Shown: piece after piece, positions 12,501-27,500 of the stretch
Numbering within the stretch: position 1 is the stretch's first letter
How the letters are laid out: every line of letters starts with the position of its first letter
Source: Malacoraja senta
Lineage: Eukaryota
Reading direction: 5' to 3'
Assembly: GCA_038087875.1 (NCBI GenBank)
Contig: CM075995.1
Span: 10,356,001 to 10,420,000 of the forward strand
DNA length: 64,000 nucleotides
Position numbers and translations under genes: made by a program
Notes under the pieces: model-generated
The model's input: the letters and a program-made list of their open reading frames with translations, nothing else
Told to the model about the DNA's origin: nothing
Databases searched by the model: none

Positions 12501-15500
12501 ATTGTAGTGGCAATGTTCAAGTAACCAATGCCGATGAGTGAGATATCATGCAGTCTCTATCCAGTCAATGCTACCGACGCAGTGGAAGCACCTGTGGGTC
12601 CTGGTATATACAGAAGATATACACAAAAAATTGGAGTTCTTCTGCGGGTCAGACACCATTGCCGGATGATCGAAATAGGTGATGTTTCGGGACGAGACCT
12701 TCCTTCAGATTGTATTGAGATTGAATAAGGGTCACGACCCGAAACGTCACATATTCCTTTTCCACAGAGGGTCGGTTTCGGAAGGGTACGTGCGTATCCG
12801 GAATGTCTTCTGCTCTAAGCCATCTGTTCGGAATACGAGCAAGTGGGTACAATGACGGAGATAACGTGGGAGCCACACACATTCCCGGGACCTGTTACCA
12901 GTTCACCCGCACAGGCCTGTGATAACCTATAGCACGCTTCCTGATCCGCCTCATCGACAGATTGGCGTCTCATCTTTAATTCCTCATTATTTCAGCTGTG
13001 GAATCGTTGATTCAGTTTTTGGGACGTCATTCATCTTCAATTGTGGAGGGTCTGTCGGTCGATATGTGAACATCGTCATCCCAGGCCCGGATAAAATGTT
13101 GACCCTATGCGAGGTTGAGATATTTGGTTCAGAACTCCCGTACTTACATGGAAAAGGTAGGCTTAGTTTTCAGCTGAGGCTCTGGTGGTTCACTGCCCCA
13201 CACCTTAGTTGAGCGATTCCCCTGCAATTGACGTCGTGATACAACTATATTTGGGATACCTCGTACGGTCTCTGCCAACGATCTGCTAGTTACCATTCTT
13301 AATTTAGTCGCCAGTCTTGGACCTTCACCTTGTCCGAACATGAGCCTATCTGTTAATGAAAACCCTGTGACACTCTATAGGTCTGTAGATATAATAATAT
13401 AACACCATATTATGCAAACTATTCGTTTAATTCCACTTTACCTGTTGCTCCTGCGTGTGACTCCCTTGCACTGAGGTGCAGTACGATTTGATTGTATATT
13501 ACTTAGAAGAGTTTTCCATGCATCTCACATCACTTCACCACACGAAAGCAGTCCGAATATCAATAGTATATACTGCTGATCCAAACCATGATAGAAGGCC
13601 GATATTAGTCGGAATTAACTAGAAACGTAGAAACTAGCCACAGGAGTAGGTCATTGCGCCCTTACAGCCTGCACCGCCATTCAATATGATCATGGCTGAT
13701 AATCCAAATGAGTACCACGTCCCTGCTTTCTCCCCATATCCGTCTAACCCGTTATCCCTGAGAGCTATATATAACTTTCTCTTAAATACATTTTGCCTGT
13801 CGGCTCAGTGAGATATTTCCATCCCGACAGAAAACGTGGCGTTGGGAGCAACGCCGACCCAGTCCAGCACGGATGAAGGGGCAGCTGCTGAGCGAGCCAA
13901 TGACGGGAATAGCGACAGCGACTTTAGGCATGGTTCATGCGCGAGCACCAGGAAATCCAAGAACCCTTGGTGGAGAGTCGATCTAAAGGAAAGCTACAAT
14001 GTGTCTGATGTAAGAATCACCAACAGAGCGGACTGCTGCTCGGACCAGCTCCAAGGAGCCGAAATCCGCATCGGGGACTCGCTGGAGTACAATGGCAATT
14101 TCAACAGACTGTAAGTATTCATAAGCAATCGCCGCTTGTATTCACCTGCGATGTCTTCTTCTACAAATTCCACTGTTACTGGAGCAATGATAATATGAGT
14201 AGGTAAAAAAGAGAGATGCTGCGAGTTACGTATAGTTTGACTGTAGATAAAATAAAAATTGTGCTCCTCTGATCCAGTTGAGGAACACAATGACACAACG
14301 CCGTAGTCTACTTATCCAATGGCACGAGGCGCTGCCGTATAGCTTTAGCGATGAGGGTTAATAACATGATGTGCAAAAAGCTGTAATTGAAGTTAATTCA
14401 TGTAATATTGAGCAACCGGATTGCAGTGGCAATGTTCAAGTAACCAACGCCCTCTGTATGAGCGAGAGATCATGCAGTCTCTATCCAGTCAGAGCTACCT
14501 TCGTGTCGGAAGGAACTGGAGATCCTGGTTTTAGCCGAAGATGGACACAAAAATCTGGAATTACTCCGCGGGTCAGACACCATTGCTGGAAAAACGAAAT
14601 ATGTGACGTTTCGTGTCGAGACAATCCTTCAGATTTTATTGAGTCACAGAAAATAGGTGAAGGAGGAGCCCATTCGGCCCTTCGAGCCAGCACCGCCATT
14701 CATTTTGATCACGGCTGACCGACCCCAATCAATAACCCGTGCCTGCCTTCTCCCCATATCCCTTGATTCCATCAGCCCCAAGAGCTCTATCTAACTCTCT
14801 CTTAAATCCTTCAAGTGATTTGGCCTCCACTGCCCTCTGTGGCAGGGAATTCCACAAATTCACAACTCTCTGGGTGAAAACGTGTTTCTCACCTCAGTCC
14901 TAATTGGCCTCCCCTTTATTCTAAGACTGTGGCCCCTGGTTCTGGATTCGCCCAACATTGGGAACATTTTTCCTGCATTTAGCCTGTGCAGTCCTTTTGT
15001 GATTTTATATGTTTCTATAAGATTCCCCCTCATCCTTCTAAACTCCAGTGAATACAAGCATAGTCTTTTCAATCTTTCCTCATATGACAGTCCCGCCATC
15101 CCAGGGATCAATCTCGTGAACCTACGCTGCACTGCCTCAATCACAAGGATGTCCTACATCAAATTAGGAGACCAAAACTGTACACAATACTCCAGATGTG
15201 GGCTTACCAGAGCCCCATACAACTGCAGAGGAACCTCTCTACTCCTCTCCTGAAATCCTCATGTTATGAAGGCCAACATTTCATTACGTTTCTTCACTGC
15301 CTGCTGTACGTGCATTTCAACTTTTAGTACAAGGACATCCAGGTTTCGATGAACCTCCCCCTTACCCATTCAAACCCATTTAGATACTAATCTGCCCCCC
15401 TTGTTATTGCCACCGAAGTGGATAACCTAACATTTATCTATATTATACTGCATCTGCCACGCATCTTCCCCCTCACTCAACCTGTCCAGGTCACCCTGCA

Positions 15501-18500
15501 AACTCCTAACATCCTCTTCACAGTTCACACTGCCACCCAGCATTGTGTCAACCGCAAACTTGCTAGTTGCTCCTAATTCCCTCTTCCAAATCATTAATAT
15601 TTATGTTAAACAGTTGCGGCCCCAACACCGAGCATTGCCCCATTCCATTCGCCACTGCCTGCCATTCTGAAAAGGTCACTTTCACTCCTACTGTTTGCTT
15701 CCTGTCTGCCAACCAATTTTCTACCCATGTCAACACCCTACCTCCAATAACATGAGCTCAAATTTTAGTCAACAGTCTCCCGTGCGGGACCTTATCAAAG
15801 GCTTTCTGAAAGTCCAGATATACTACATCCACTGGCTCCCCTTCATCCATTTTATTTGTCACATCCACAAAAAATTCCAGTAGAATAGTCAAGCATGATA
15901 TTCCTTTCATAAATCCATGCTGACTTGGACTAGTCCTTTTACTGCTATCCAAATGCCCCATTATTACTTCTTTAATAATTGACTCCAGCATCTTTCCCAC
16001 CAGCGAAGTCAGGCTAACTGGTCTGTAATTCCTCGTTTTCTCTCTCGCTCCTTTCATGAAAAGTGGAATAACATTACCTATCCAATCCACAGGAACTGAT
16101 CCTAAATCTATTGAACATTGGAAAATGATCACCAATGCGTCCACTATTTCTAGAGCCACCTCCCAGAGGATTCTGGGATGCAGACCATCAGGCCCAGGGG
16201 ATTTATCATCCTTCAGTCCCATTAGCCTACCAAATACTATTTCTCGCCTTATGAAAATTTATTTCAGTTCTTCTACCCCCTTAGATCCTCTATCATCCAG
16301 TACTTCTGGGAGATTGTTTGTGTCTTCCTCAGTGAAGACGGATCCGAAGTACCTGTTCAACTCTTCTACCATTCACTTGTTCCCCATAATAACGTCACCC
16401 GTGTCTGCCTTCAAGGGACACAGATTTGACTTTGCTATTCTTCTTCCCTTAACATTACTAAAGACGCTTTTACTATCCTTCTTTATATTCGTGGTCAGCT
16501 TCCACTCTTACTTAATCTTTTCAGGCCGTTTTGCCCGTTTTGTTTCCTTCTGTTGTCCTATCAAATGTTCCCAATCCTCTGGCTTCTGGCTACTCTTTGC
16601 TGTGTTATACATCTTTTCTTTTAGTTTTATTCTATCCCTAACTTCTATTGTCAGCGACAGTTGCCTCCTACTGCCCTTAGAATCTGTCTTCCTTTTTGGA
16701 ATGAAATGATCCTGCGTCTTCCGGATTATGCCCAGAAATTCCTGCCATTGCTGTTCCACCATCATTCCTGCTAGGATCCCTTTCGAATCTACCTTGACCA
16801 GCTCCTCCCTCATGCCTTCATAGTCCCCTTTGTTCAACTGCATCACTGACACCTCCGATTTAACCTTCTCCTTCTCAAATTGCAGAATAAAACTAATCAG
16901 ATTATGATCACTGCTTTCAAGCGGTTCCTTTACCTCGAGTTCTCTCATCAAATCTAGTTCATTGGACACCACTAAATCCAGAATTGCGTTTTCTCTGGTC
17001 GGCTCCATTACAAGCTGCTCTAAGAATTAATCTCGGAGGCACTCAACAAACTCTATTTCTTGGGGTCCAGAACCAACCTGATTTTCCCAGTCTACTTGCA
17101 TATTGAAATCACCCATCACCACTGTGGCATTATCTTGGTTACATGCCAGTTTTACCTCCTGCTGCAACTTACACCCTACATCCGGGCTACTATTTGGGGG
17201 TCTGTAGATAACACCAATTAGTGTCTTCTTGCCTTTACAATTCCACAACTCAATCCACTGTGACTCTACCTCGTCAGTCCATATGTCTTCCCTCGCAAGG
17301 GACTGAATTCCATCCCTCACCAGCAGAGCTGCCCCCAGCCCTCTCTGCCCACCTGCCTGTCCTTTCTATAGGATGTATAACCCTGAATATTAAGTTCCCA
17401 GGCGCGATCCTCCTGCAGCCACGTCTCGGTAATACCCACAATGTCATATCTACCAACATCTAACTGAGCCTCAAGCTCATCTACTTTACTTCTTATACTT
17501 CGCGCATTCAAATACAATACCGTAAATTCCTATCGCATCTTACCTTTCACTCGATCCCTATTAAACTTGGCCATACTCTCCTATCCCTTTGTGAGCATTA
17601 TTTCCCGTTAATTCTCGGGTCATTAACTATCCCTTTACTCCCTTTCCCTTTAACTCCATCCTTGACTATCACATTTGACACCCCCCCCCTTATTTAGTTA
17701 AAAAACACCCGTGTCGCATTTGCAAACCGGCCTGCCAGAATGCCGGTCCCCCACCTGTTAAGGTGCAATCCGTCCCTTTTGTACAGTTTCCATTTACTCC
17801 AAAACAGATCCCAGTGGTCTAAGAATTTAAATCCCTGCCCGAAGAAGGGTCAGGACCCGAAGCGTCACATATTCCTTTTCCCCAGAGATGCTGTCGGAAC
17901 CGCAAGGCTACCTACGTATCCGGGTCGCCTTCTGTTCCAAGCCATCTATTCGCATAACGAGCAAGTGGATACGATTTGGTGGTAACGTGGGAGCCCCACA
18001 TATCCCCGGGACCGGTCACCAGTTCACCCGCACAGGCCTGCGATAACGTTTAGCACGCTTCCTGATCCACAGGATCGACAGGTTGTCGTCTCACCTTTAA
18101 ATCTTCATAATTTCAGCTGTGGAATCGTTGATTCAGTTTCCAGGACGACATTCACCTTCAATTGCGGTGGAATTGTCGGTCGATATGTGAACATCATCAT
18201 CCCAGGCCCGGATAAAATTTTAACCCTGTGTGAGGTTGAGATATTTGTTTCAGAACTCCCGTTCCTACATGGAAAAGGTAGGATGAAGTTCCCGCCGAGG
18301 CTCTGGTGGTACGCTGACCCACAGCTTAGTTGATCGATTCTCCTGCTGAGGAAGTCGTAGAATATCTAACTTAGTGAAACCCCGTACCGTCTCTGACAAC
18401 GATCTGCTATTTGCCATTGTTAGTTTACTCGCCAATCTTGGACGTTCGCCTTGTCTGAACATGAGCCTGTCTGTTAACGAAAACCCTGTGACACTCGGTG

Positions 18501-21500
18501 CACACGCCGTCATCCATTTCGTCCGGAGACCTTGTACTGATAAACACTTGCCAGGCACCAACACAATACTATTGAAACACGCTTGAAGCGTATCTTCCCG
18601 TTACCAGACCCGCATGATCCTCCCTTGACTTGTAATGCAATGGCGATGTCTAACCTGCCTCAGCGCGGTACTTCGGCTTATAACCATATAACCATATAAC
18701 CATATAACCATAACAGCACGGAAACAGGCCAGCTCGGCCCTTCAAGTCCGTGCCGAACATTTGTTTTTAATTATTTTTGTTTTTTAATTAAAAATAAATA
18801 CTTCCCCCTAGTCCCATCTACCTGCACTCAGACCATTACCCTCCATTCCTTCCCCGTCCATATACCCATCCAATCTATTTTTAAAGGATAACATCGAACC
18901 TGCCTCCACCACTTCCACTGGAAGCTCATTCCACACAGCTACCACTCTCTGAGTAAAGAAGTTCCCCCTAATGTTCCCCCTAACCTTCTGTCCCTTAATT
19001 CTCAAGTCATGTCCCCTTGTTTGAATCTTCCCTACTCTCAATGGGAAAAGCTTATCCACGTCCACTCTGTCTAACCCGCTCATAATTTTAAAGACCTCTA
19101 TCAAGTCCCCTCTTAACCTTCTGCGCTCCAAAGAATAAAGACCTAACTTGTTCAACCTTTCTCTGTAACTTAGTTGCTGAAACCCAGGCAACATTCTAGT
19201 AAATCTCCTCTGTACTCTCTCTATTTTGTTGACATCTTCCTATAATTAGGCGACCAAAATTGTACTCCATACTCCAGAATTGGCCTCACCAATGCCTTGT
19301 ACAATTTTAACATTACATCCCAACTTCTATATTCAATGCTCTGATTTATAAAGGCCAGCACACCAAAAGCTTTCTCTACCACCCTATCTACATGAGATTC
19401 CACCTTCAGGGAACTATGCACAGTTATTCCTAGATCCCTCTGTTCAACTGCATTCCTGAATTCGCTACCATTTACCGTGTACGTCCTATTTTGATTTGTC
19501 CTGCCGAGATGTAGCACCTCACATTTGTCAGCATTAAACTCCATCTGCCATCTTTCAGCCCACTCTTCCAAGTGGCCTAAATCTCTCTGTAGACTTTGAA
19601 AATCTACTTCATTATCCACAACACCACCTATCTTAGTATCATCTGCATACTTACTAATCCAATTTTCCACACCATCATCCAGATCATTGATGTGCATGAC
19701 AAACAACAGTGGACCCAACACAGACCCCTGAGGCACCCCACTACTCACCGGCCTCCAACCTGACAAACAGCCATCCACCATTACTCTCTGGCATCTCCCA
19801 TTCAGCCACTGTTGAATCCATCTTGCTACTCCACCATTAATACCCAACAATTGAATCTTCTTAACCAACCTTCCATGAGGAACCTTGTCAAAGGCCTTAC
19901 TGAAGTCCATATAGACAACATCCACTGCTTTACCCTCATCAATTTCCCTAGTAACCTCTTCGAAAAATTCAAGAAGATTAGTCAAGCATGACCTTCCAGG
20001 CACAAATCCATGTTGACTGTTCCTAATCAGACCCTGCTTATCCAGATGCTTATATATATTATCTTTAAGTATCCTTTCCATTAATTTGCCCACCACTGAC
20101 GTCAAACTAACAGGTCTATAATTGTTAGGTTTACTCTTCGAACCCTTTTTAAACAACGGAACAACATGCGCAGTACGCCAATCCTCCGGCACTATTCCCG
20201 TTTCTAATGACATTTGAAATATTTCTGTCATAGCCCCTGCTATTTCTACACTAACTTCCCTCAATGTCCTAGGGAATATCATGTGAGGACCTGGAGACTT
20301 ATCCGTTTTCATATTTTTCAAAAGTGTCCGCACCTCCTCTTCTTTGAATCTCACAGTTTCCATTCCTACTCTGCTTGTTTCCCTTACCTCACATAATTCC
20401 ATATCCTTCTCCTTCGTGAATACCGAAGAAAGGAAATTGTTCAATATCTCCCCCATCTCTTTTGGCTCTGCAGATAGCTGTCCACTCTGACTCTCTAATG
20501 GACCAATTTTATTCCTTGTTATCCTTTTGCTATTAATATAGCTGTAGAAACCCTTTGGATTTACTTTCACCTTACTTGCCAAAGCAACCTCATATCTTCT
20601 TTTAGCTTTTCTAATTTCTTTCTTAATATTCTTTTTACATTCTTTATACTCCTCAAGCACCTCATTTACTCCATGCTGCCTACAATTATTGTAGATCTCT
20701 CTCTTTCTCCGAACCAAGTGTCCAATTTCCCTTGAAAACCATGGCTCTTTCCATTTTTTACTATTTCCTTTCAACCGAACAGGGACATAAAGATTCTGTA
20801 CTCTTAAAATTTCACCCTTAAATGTCCTCCATTTTTCTTCTACATCCTTCCCATAAAACAACATGTCCCAATTCACTCCTTTTAAATCCTTTCGCATCTC
20901 CTCAAAGTTAGCCTTTCTCCAAACAAAAATCTCAACCCTAGGTCCAGTTCTGATCCTCTCCATAATTATATTGAAACTAATGGTATTGTGATCACTGGAC
21001 CCGAAGTGCTCCCCGACGCATACCTCCGCTACCTGCCCTGTCTCATTTCCTAACAGGAGGTCCAACACTGCCCCTTCTCTAGTAGGTACCTCTATGTATT
21101 GCTGCAAAAAACTATCTTGCACACATTTTACAAACTCCAAACCATCCAGCCCTTTTACAGAATGTGTTTCCCAGTCTATGTGTGGAAAATTGAAATCTCC
21201 CACAATCACTACCTTGTGCTTACTACTAATATCTGCTATATCCTTACATATTTGCTCTTCCAATTCTCGCTCCCCATTTGGCGGTCTATCATGCACCCCT
21301 ATAAGTGTTGCTACACCTTTCCCATTTCTCAGTTCCACCCAAATAGCCTCCCTAGACGAGCCCTCTAATCTATCCTGCCAAAGCACTGCTGTAATATCTT
21401 CCTTGACAAGCAATGCATCACCCCCACCTCTTGCCCCTCCAATTCTATCACCCCTGAAGCAACGAAATCCTGGAATATTTATTTGCCAATCACAGCCCTC

Positions 21501-24500
21501 CTGCAACCATGTTTCACCGATCGCCACAACATCATACTTCCAGGTGTCAATCCAGGCTCTAAGCTCATCCACCTTTCTTACAATGCTCCTAGCATTAAAA
21601 TATACACATTTAAGAAACCCACCACCACTTATTCTCTGTTTATTACCTTTTTCTTCTTTTTCCCCTACATTTTGGGTCCGAGTGCTTCCCTTCTCTGCCT
21701 CCTGCCTCCCACATTTTCCACTGGCTTTCTCTATTTGAGTCCCTCCCCCCAACCGTTCTAGCTTATTTTAAATAGCTTATTTTAGCTTATTTTAAATAGG
21801 TCTGTAGATGTAATACTATAACACCACATAATACAATCTGTTGTTTTAATTCTACTTTACCTGTTGCACTTGCGTGTGGCTCCATTGCACTGATGTACAG
21901 TATGATTTGATTGTATATTACTAAGTAGAATTTTCGATGCATCTCACTTCACTTCACCACACGAATGCAGTACGAATATCAATGAAATACACTGCTGATC
22001 CAAACCTTGATAGAAGGCCTACATTCGTCGGTATTAAATAAAAACGTAGAAAATAAGTGCAGAAGTAGCCCATCCCGCTCTTCGAGCCAGCACCGCTATT
22101 CAATGTGATCATGGCGGATCATCCAAAAAAGAACGGTTTTCAGGAGGATTTCAAGAACGATTTAAATAGAGCTCTTAAATATAGCGGAGTCAAGGGATAT
22201 GGTGAGAAGGCAGGAACTTGGTTCTGATTGTGGATAATCAGCCATGATCACATTGAATGGCGGTGCTGGCTCGAAGGGCCAAATGGCCTACTTCTGCACC
22301 TATTGTCTATTATAAATTGTCTTTCTACCCCATTCCTCCTTTCTCCCCATATCCCTTGAAGCCGTTATCCCTGAGAGCAATATCTAACTCTTTCTTAAAT
22401 GCATCTTGCCGTTCGGATCAGCGAGTCGTTTCCTTCCCCACAGAAAACGTGGCGTTGGGAGCAAGGCCAACCCAGTCCAGCACGAAGGAAGGGGCAGCTG
22501 CTGCACGTGCCAATGATGGTAACAGCGACAGCGACTTCAGGCATGGTTCATGCGCGCGCACCATGAAATCCAAGAACCCTTGGTGGAGAGTCGATCTAAA
22601 GGAAAGCTACAACGTGTCAGATGTAAGAATCACCAACAGAGCAGACTGCTGCTCGGACCAGCTCCAAGGTGCCGAGATTCGCATCGGGGATTCGCTGGAG
22701 TACGATGGCAATTTCAACAGACTGTAAGTATTCATAAGCGATCGCCGAATCTATTCACCTGCGATGTCTTCTGCAAATTCCACTGTTACTGGAGCAATGA
22801 TCACCTGAGTGGGTACAAAAGACTGATGCTGCAGGTTACGAATGGTTTCACTGCAGATAAAATTAAAATGCGATCCGCTGCTCCAGAAGCAGAAGAGCCG
22901 TAGTCCACTTATCCAATGGCACGAGCTTCTGCCGTATCGCTTTAGCGATGGGGGTTAATAAAAGGAGGTGCATAAATCTGTGATTGAAGTTAATTCAAGT
23001 TATGTAATATTGAACAATCGGATTGTAATGGCAATGTTCAAGTAACCAATGCCGATGAGTGAGATATCATGCAGTCTCTATCCAGTCAATGCTACCTACA
23101 CAGTGGAAGCACCTGCGGGTCCTGGTTTATACAGAAGATATACATTAAAAATTGGGGTTATTCTGCGGGTCAGACACCATTGCTGGATAATCGAAATAGG
23201 TGATGTTTCGGGACGAGACCTTCCTTCAGATTGTATTGAGACTGAATAAGGGTCACGACCCGAAACGTCACATATTCCTTTTCCACAGAAGGTCGGTTTC
23301 GGAAGGGTACGTGCGTATCCGGAATGTCTTCTGCTCTAAGCCATCTGTTCAGAATACGAGCAAGTGGATACAATGCCGGAGATAACGTGGGAGCCACACA
23401 TATTCCCGGGACCTGTTACCAGTTCACCCGCACAGGCCTGCGATAACCATTAGCACGATTCCTGATCCGCCTCGTCGACAGATTGGAGTCTCATCTTTAA
23501 TTCCTCATAATTTCAGCTGTGGAATCGTTGATTCCGTTTCTGGGACGTCATTCACCTTCAATTGTGGAGGGTCTGTCGGTCGATATGTGAACATCTTCAT
23601 CCCAGGCCCGGATAAAATGTTGACCCTATGCGAGGTTGAGATATTTGGTTCAGAACTCCCGTACTTACATGGAAAAGGTAGGCTGAGCTTTCAGCTGAGG
23701 CTCTGGTGGTTCACTGCCCCACACCTTAGTTGAGCGATTCCCCTGCAATTGACGTCGTGATACAACTATATTAGGGAAACTCCGTACCGTCTCTGCCAAC
23801 GATCCGCTAGTTGCCATTGTTAGTTTAGTAGCCAGACTTGGACCTTCGCCTTGTCCGAACATGAGCCTGTCTGTTAATGAAAATCCCGTGACATTCTATA
23901 GGTCTGTAGATATAATAATATAACACCATATTATGCAAATTATTCGTTTAATTCCACTTTACCTGTTGCACTTGCGTGTAACACCCTTGCACTGAGGTGC
24001 AGTACGATTTGATTGTATGTTACTTAGAAGAGTTTTCCATGCATCTCACATCACTTCACCACACGAAAGCAGTACGAAAATCAATAGTATACACTACTGA
24101 TCCAAACCTTGATAGAAGGCCGATATTAGTCGGAATTAAGTAAAAACGTAGAAACTAGCTACAGGAGTAGGTCATTGAGCCCTTCAAGCATGCACCGCCA
24201 TTCAATATGATCATGGCTGATCATCCAAATGAGTACCACGTTCCTGCTTTCTTCCAATATCCGTCTAATCCGTTATCCCTGAGAGCTATATATAACTCTC
24301 TCTTAAATACATTTAGCCTTTCGGCTCAGTGGGACGTTTCCTTCCCCACAGAAAGCGTGGCGTTGGGAGCAACGCCGACCCAGTCCAGCACGTATGAAGG
24401 GGCAGCTGCTGCGCGAGCCAATGACGGGGATAGCGACAGCGACTTCAGGCATGGTTCATGCGCGCGCACAAGGAAATCCAAGAACCCTTGGTGGAGAGTC

Positions 24501-27500
24501 GATCTAAAGGAAAGCTACAACGTGTCTGATGTAAGAATCACCAACAGGGCAGACTGCTGCTCGGACCAGCTCCAAGGAGCCGAAATCCGTATCGGGGACT
24601 CGCTGGAGTACAATGGCAATTTCAACAGACTGTAAGTATTCAAAAGCAATCGCTGCATATATTCACCTGCGACGTCTTCTTCTACAAATTCCACTGTTAC
24701 TGGAGCAATGATAATATGAGTGGGTAAAAAAGAGAGATGCTGCGAGTTACGTATAATTTGACTGGAGATGAAATTAAAATTGTGCTCCTCTGCTCCAGTT
24801 GAGTAAAACAATGACACAAAGCCGTAGTCTACTTGTCCAATAGCACGAGGCGCTGCCGTGTCGCTTTAGCGATTGGGGTTAATAAACTGAGGAGCAAAAA
24901 TCTGTAATTGAAGTTAATTCATGTAATATTGAGCAATCGGATTCCAGTGGCAATGTTCAAGTAACCAACGCCCTCTGTATGAGCGAGAGATCATGCAGTC
25001 TCTATCCAGTCAATGCTACCTACGTGTCGGAAGGAACTGGAGATCCTGGTTTTAGCCGAAGATGGACACAAAAATCTGGAATTACTCCGCGGGTCAGACA
25101 CCATTGATGGAAAATCGAAATAGGTGACGTTTCTTGTCGAGACAATCCTTCAGATATTATTGAGTCATAGAAAATAGGTGCAGAAGGAGGCCATTAGGCC
25201 CTTCGAGCCAGCACCGCCATTGATTGTGATCATGGCTGATCGTCCCCAATCTATAACCCGTGCCTGCCTTCTCCCCATATCCCTTGATTCCATCAGCCCC
25301 TAGAGTTCTATCTAACTCTCTCTTAAATCCTTCCAGTGATTTGGCCTCCACTGCCCTCTGTGGCAGGGAATTCCACAAATTCACTACTCTCTGGGTGAAA
25401 ACGTTTTTTCTCACCTCAGTCCTAAATGGCCAACCCTTTATTCTAAGACTGTGGCCCATGGTTCTGGACTCGCCTCACATTGGGAACATTTTTCCTGCAT
25501 TTAGCCTGTCCAGTCCTTTTATAATTATATATGTTTCTACAAGATTCCCCCTCCTCCTTCTAAGCTCCTGTGACTACAAGCCTAGTCTTTTCAATCTTGC
25601 ATCGTATGACAGTCCCGCCATCACAGGGATCAATCTTGTGAACCTACGCTGCACTGCCTCAATCACAAGGATGTCCTTTCTTAAATTAGGAGACCAAAAC
25701 TGTACACAATACTCCATATGTGGTCTTACCAGAGCCCCATACAACTGCAGAGGAACCTCACTACTCCTCTCCTAAAATCCTCTTGTTATGAAGGCCAACA
25801 TTTCATTAGGTTTCTTCACTGCCTGATGTACCTGCCTGTCAACTTTCAGTGACCGGTGTACAAGGACACCCAGGTCTCGCTGTACCTCCCCCTTACCCAA
25901 CCAAACCCATTTAGATATTAATCTGCCCCCCTTGTTTTTCCCACCAAAGTGGATAACTTAACATTTATCTATATTATACTGCATCTGCCACGCATCTGCC
26001 CACTCACTCAACCGGTCCAGGTCACCCTGCAACCTCCTAACATCCTCTTCACAGTTCACACTGCCACTCATCTTTGTGTCAACCGCAAACTTGCTAATGT
26101 TGCTCGTAATCCCTCTTCCATATCATTAGTATTTATGGTAAACAGTTGCGGCCCCAGCACCGAGACTTGCGGCACTCCACTCGCCACTGCCTGCCATTCC
26201 GAAAAGGTCTCTGTCACTCCTACTCTTTGCTTCCTGTCTGCCAACCAATTTTCTATCCATGTCAACACCCTACCCCCAATACCATGTGCTCTAAATTTAG
26301 TCAACAGTTTCCCGTGCGGGACCTTATCAAAGACTTTCTGAAAGTCTAGATACACTACATCCACTGGCTCCCCCTCATCTATTTTACTTGTCACATCCTC
26401 AAAAAATTACAGATGATTAGTCAAGCATGATTTTCCTTTCATAAGTCCATGCTGACTTGGACTAGTCCTTTTTAATGCTGTCCAAATGCCCCATTATTAC
26501 TCTTTAATAATTGACTCCAGCATCTTTCCCACCAGCGAAGTCAGGCTAACTGGTCTGTAATTCCTCGTTTTCTCTCTCGCTTCTTTCTTGAAAAGTGGGA
26601 TAACATTAGCTATCCTCCAATCCACAGGAACTGATCCTGAATCTATTGAACATTGGAACATGACTACCAATACGTCCACTATTCCTAGAGACACCTCCCT
26701 GAGGATTCTGGGATGCAGACCATCAGGCCCAGGGGATTTATCATCTTTCAGTCGCATTAGCCTACCAAATACTATTTCTCGCCTTATGAAAATGTATTTC
26801 AGTTCCTCTACCCCCATAGATCCTCTATCGTCCACTTCTTCTGGGAGATTGTGTGTGTCTTCCTTAGTGAAGACAGATCCGAAGTACCTGTTCAACTCTT
26901 CTATCATTTCCTTGTTCCCCATAATAACTTCACCCGCGTCTGCCTTCAAGGGACCCAGATTTGACTTTGCTATTCTTTTTCCCTTAACATTACTAAACAC
27001 GCGTTTACTGTCCTTCTTTATATTCCTGGTCAGCTTCCCCTCTTACTTAATCTTTTCAGGCCGTTTTGCCCGTTTTGTTCCTTCTGTTGTCCTATGAAAG
27101 TTTCCCAATCCTCTGGCTTCTGGCTACACTTTGCAGTGTTATACATCTTTTCTTTTAGGTTTATTCTATCCCTAACTTCTATTGTCAGCCACAGTTGCCT
27201 CCTACTCCCCTTAAAATCTGTCTTCCTTTTTGGAATGAAATGATCCTGCGTCTTCCGGATTATGCCCAGAAATTCCTGACATTGCTGTTCCACCGTCATT
27301 CCTGCTAGGATCCCTTTCCAGTCTACCTTGGCCAGCTCCTCCCTTATGCCTTCATAGTCCCCTTTGTTCAACTGCATCACTGACACCTCCGATTAGACCT
27401 TCTCCTTCTCAAATTGCAGAATAAAACTAATCATATTATGGTCACTACCTCCAAGCGGTTCATTTACCTCGAGTTCTCTTATCAAATCTAATTCATTGGA

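Larger units (their letters stand above)
7218..13503 (+). repeat. Three near-identical tandem units of about 2.09 kb (K-type domains A3-B5)
   Basis: A exon spacing 2092 and 2088 bp; introns nearly identical. Confidence 0.9.

Noticed and set aside
16056..16709. Plus-strand ORFs such as MKSGITL... repeated several times
   Set aside because: Antisense frames of CR1 ORF2.
18679..21760. RT next to variable lectin repeats as a diversity-generating retroelement
   Set aside because: The RT is an ordinary APE-type CR1 ORF2, and I see no template/variable repeat pair or adenine-specific variation.
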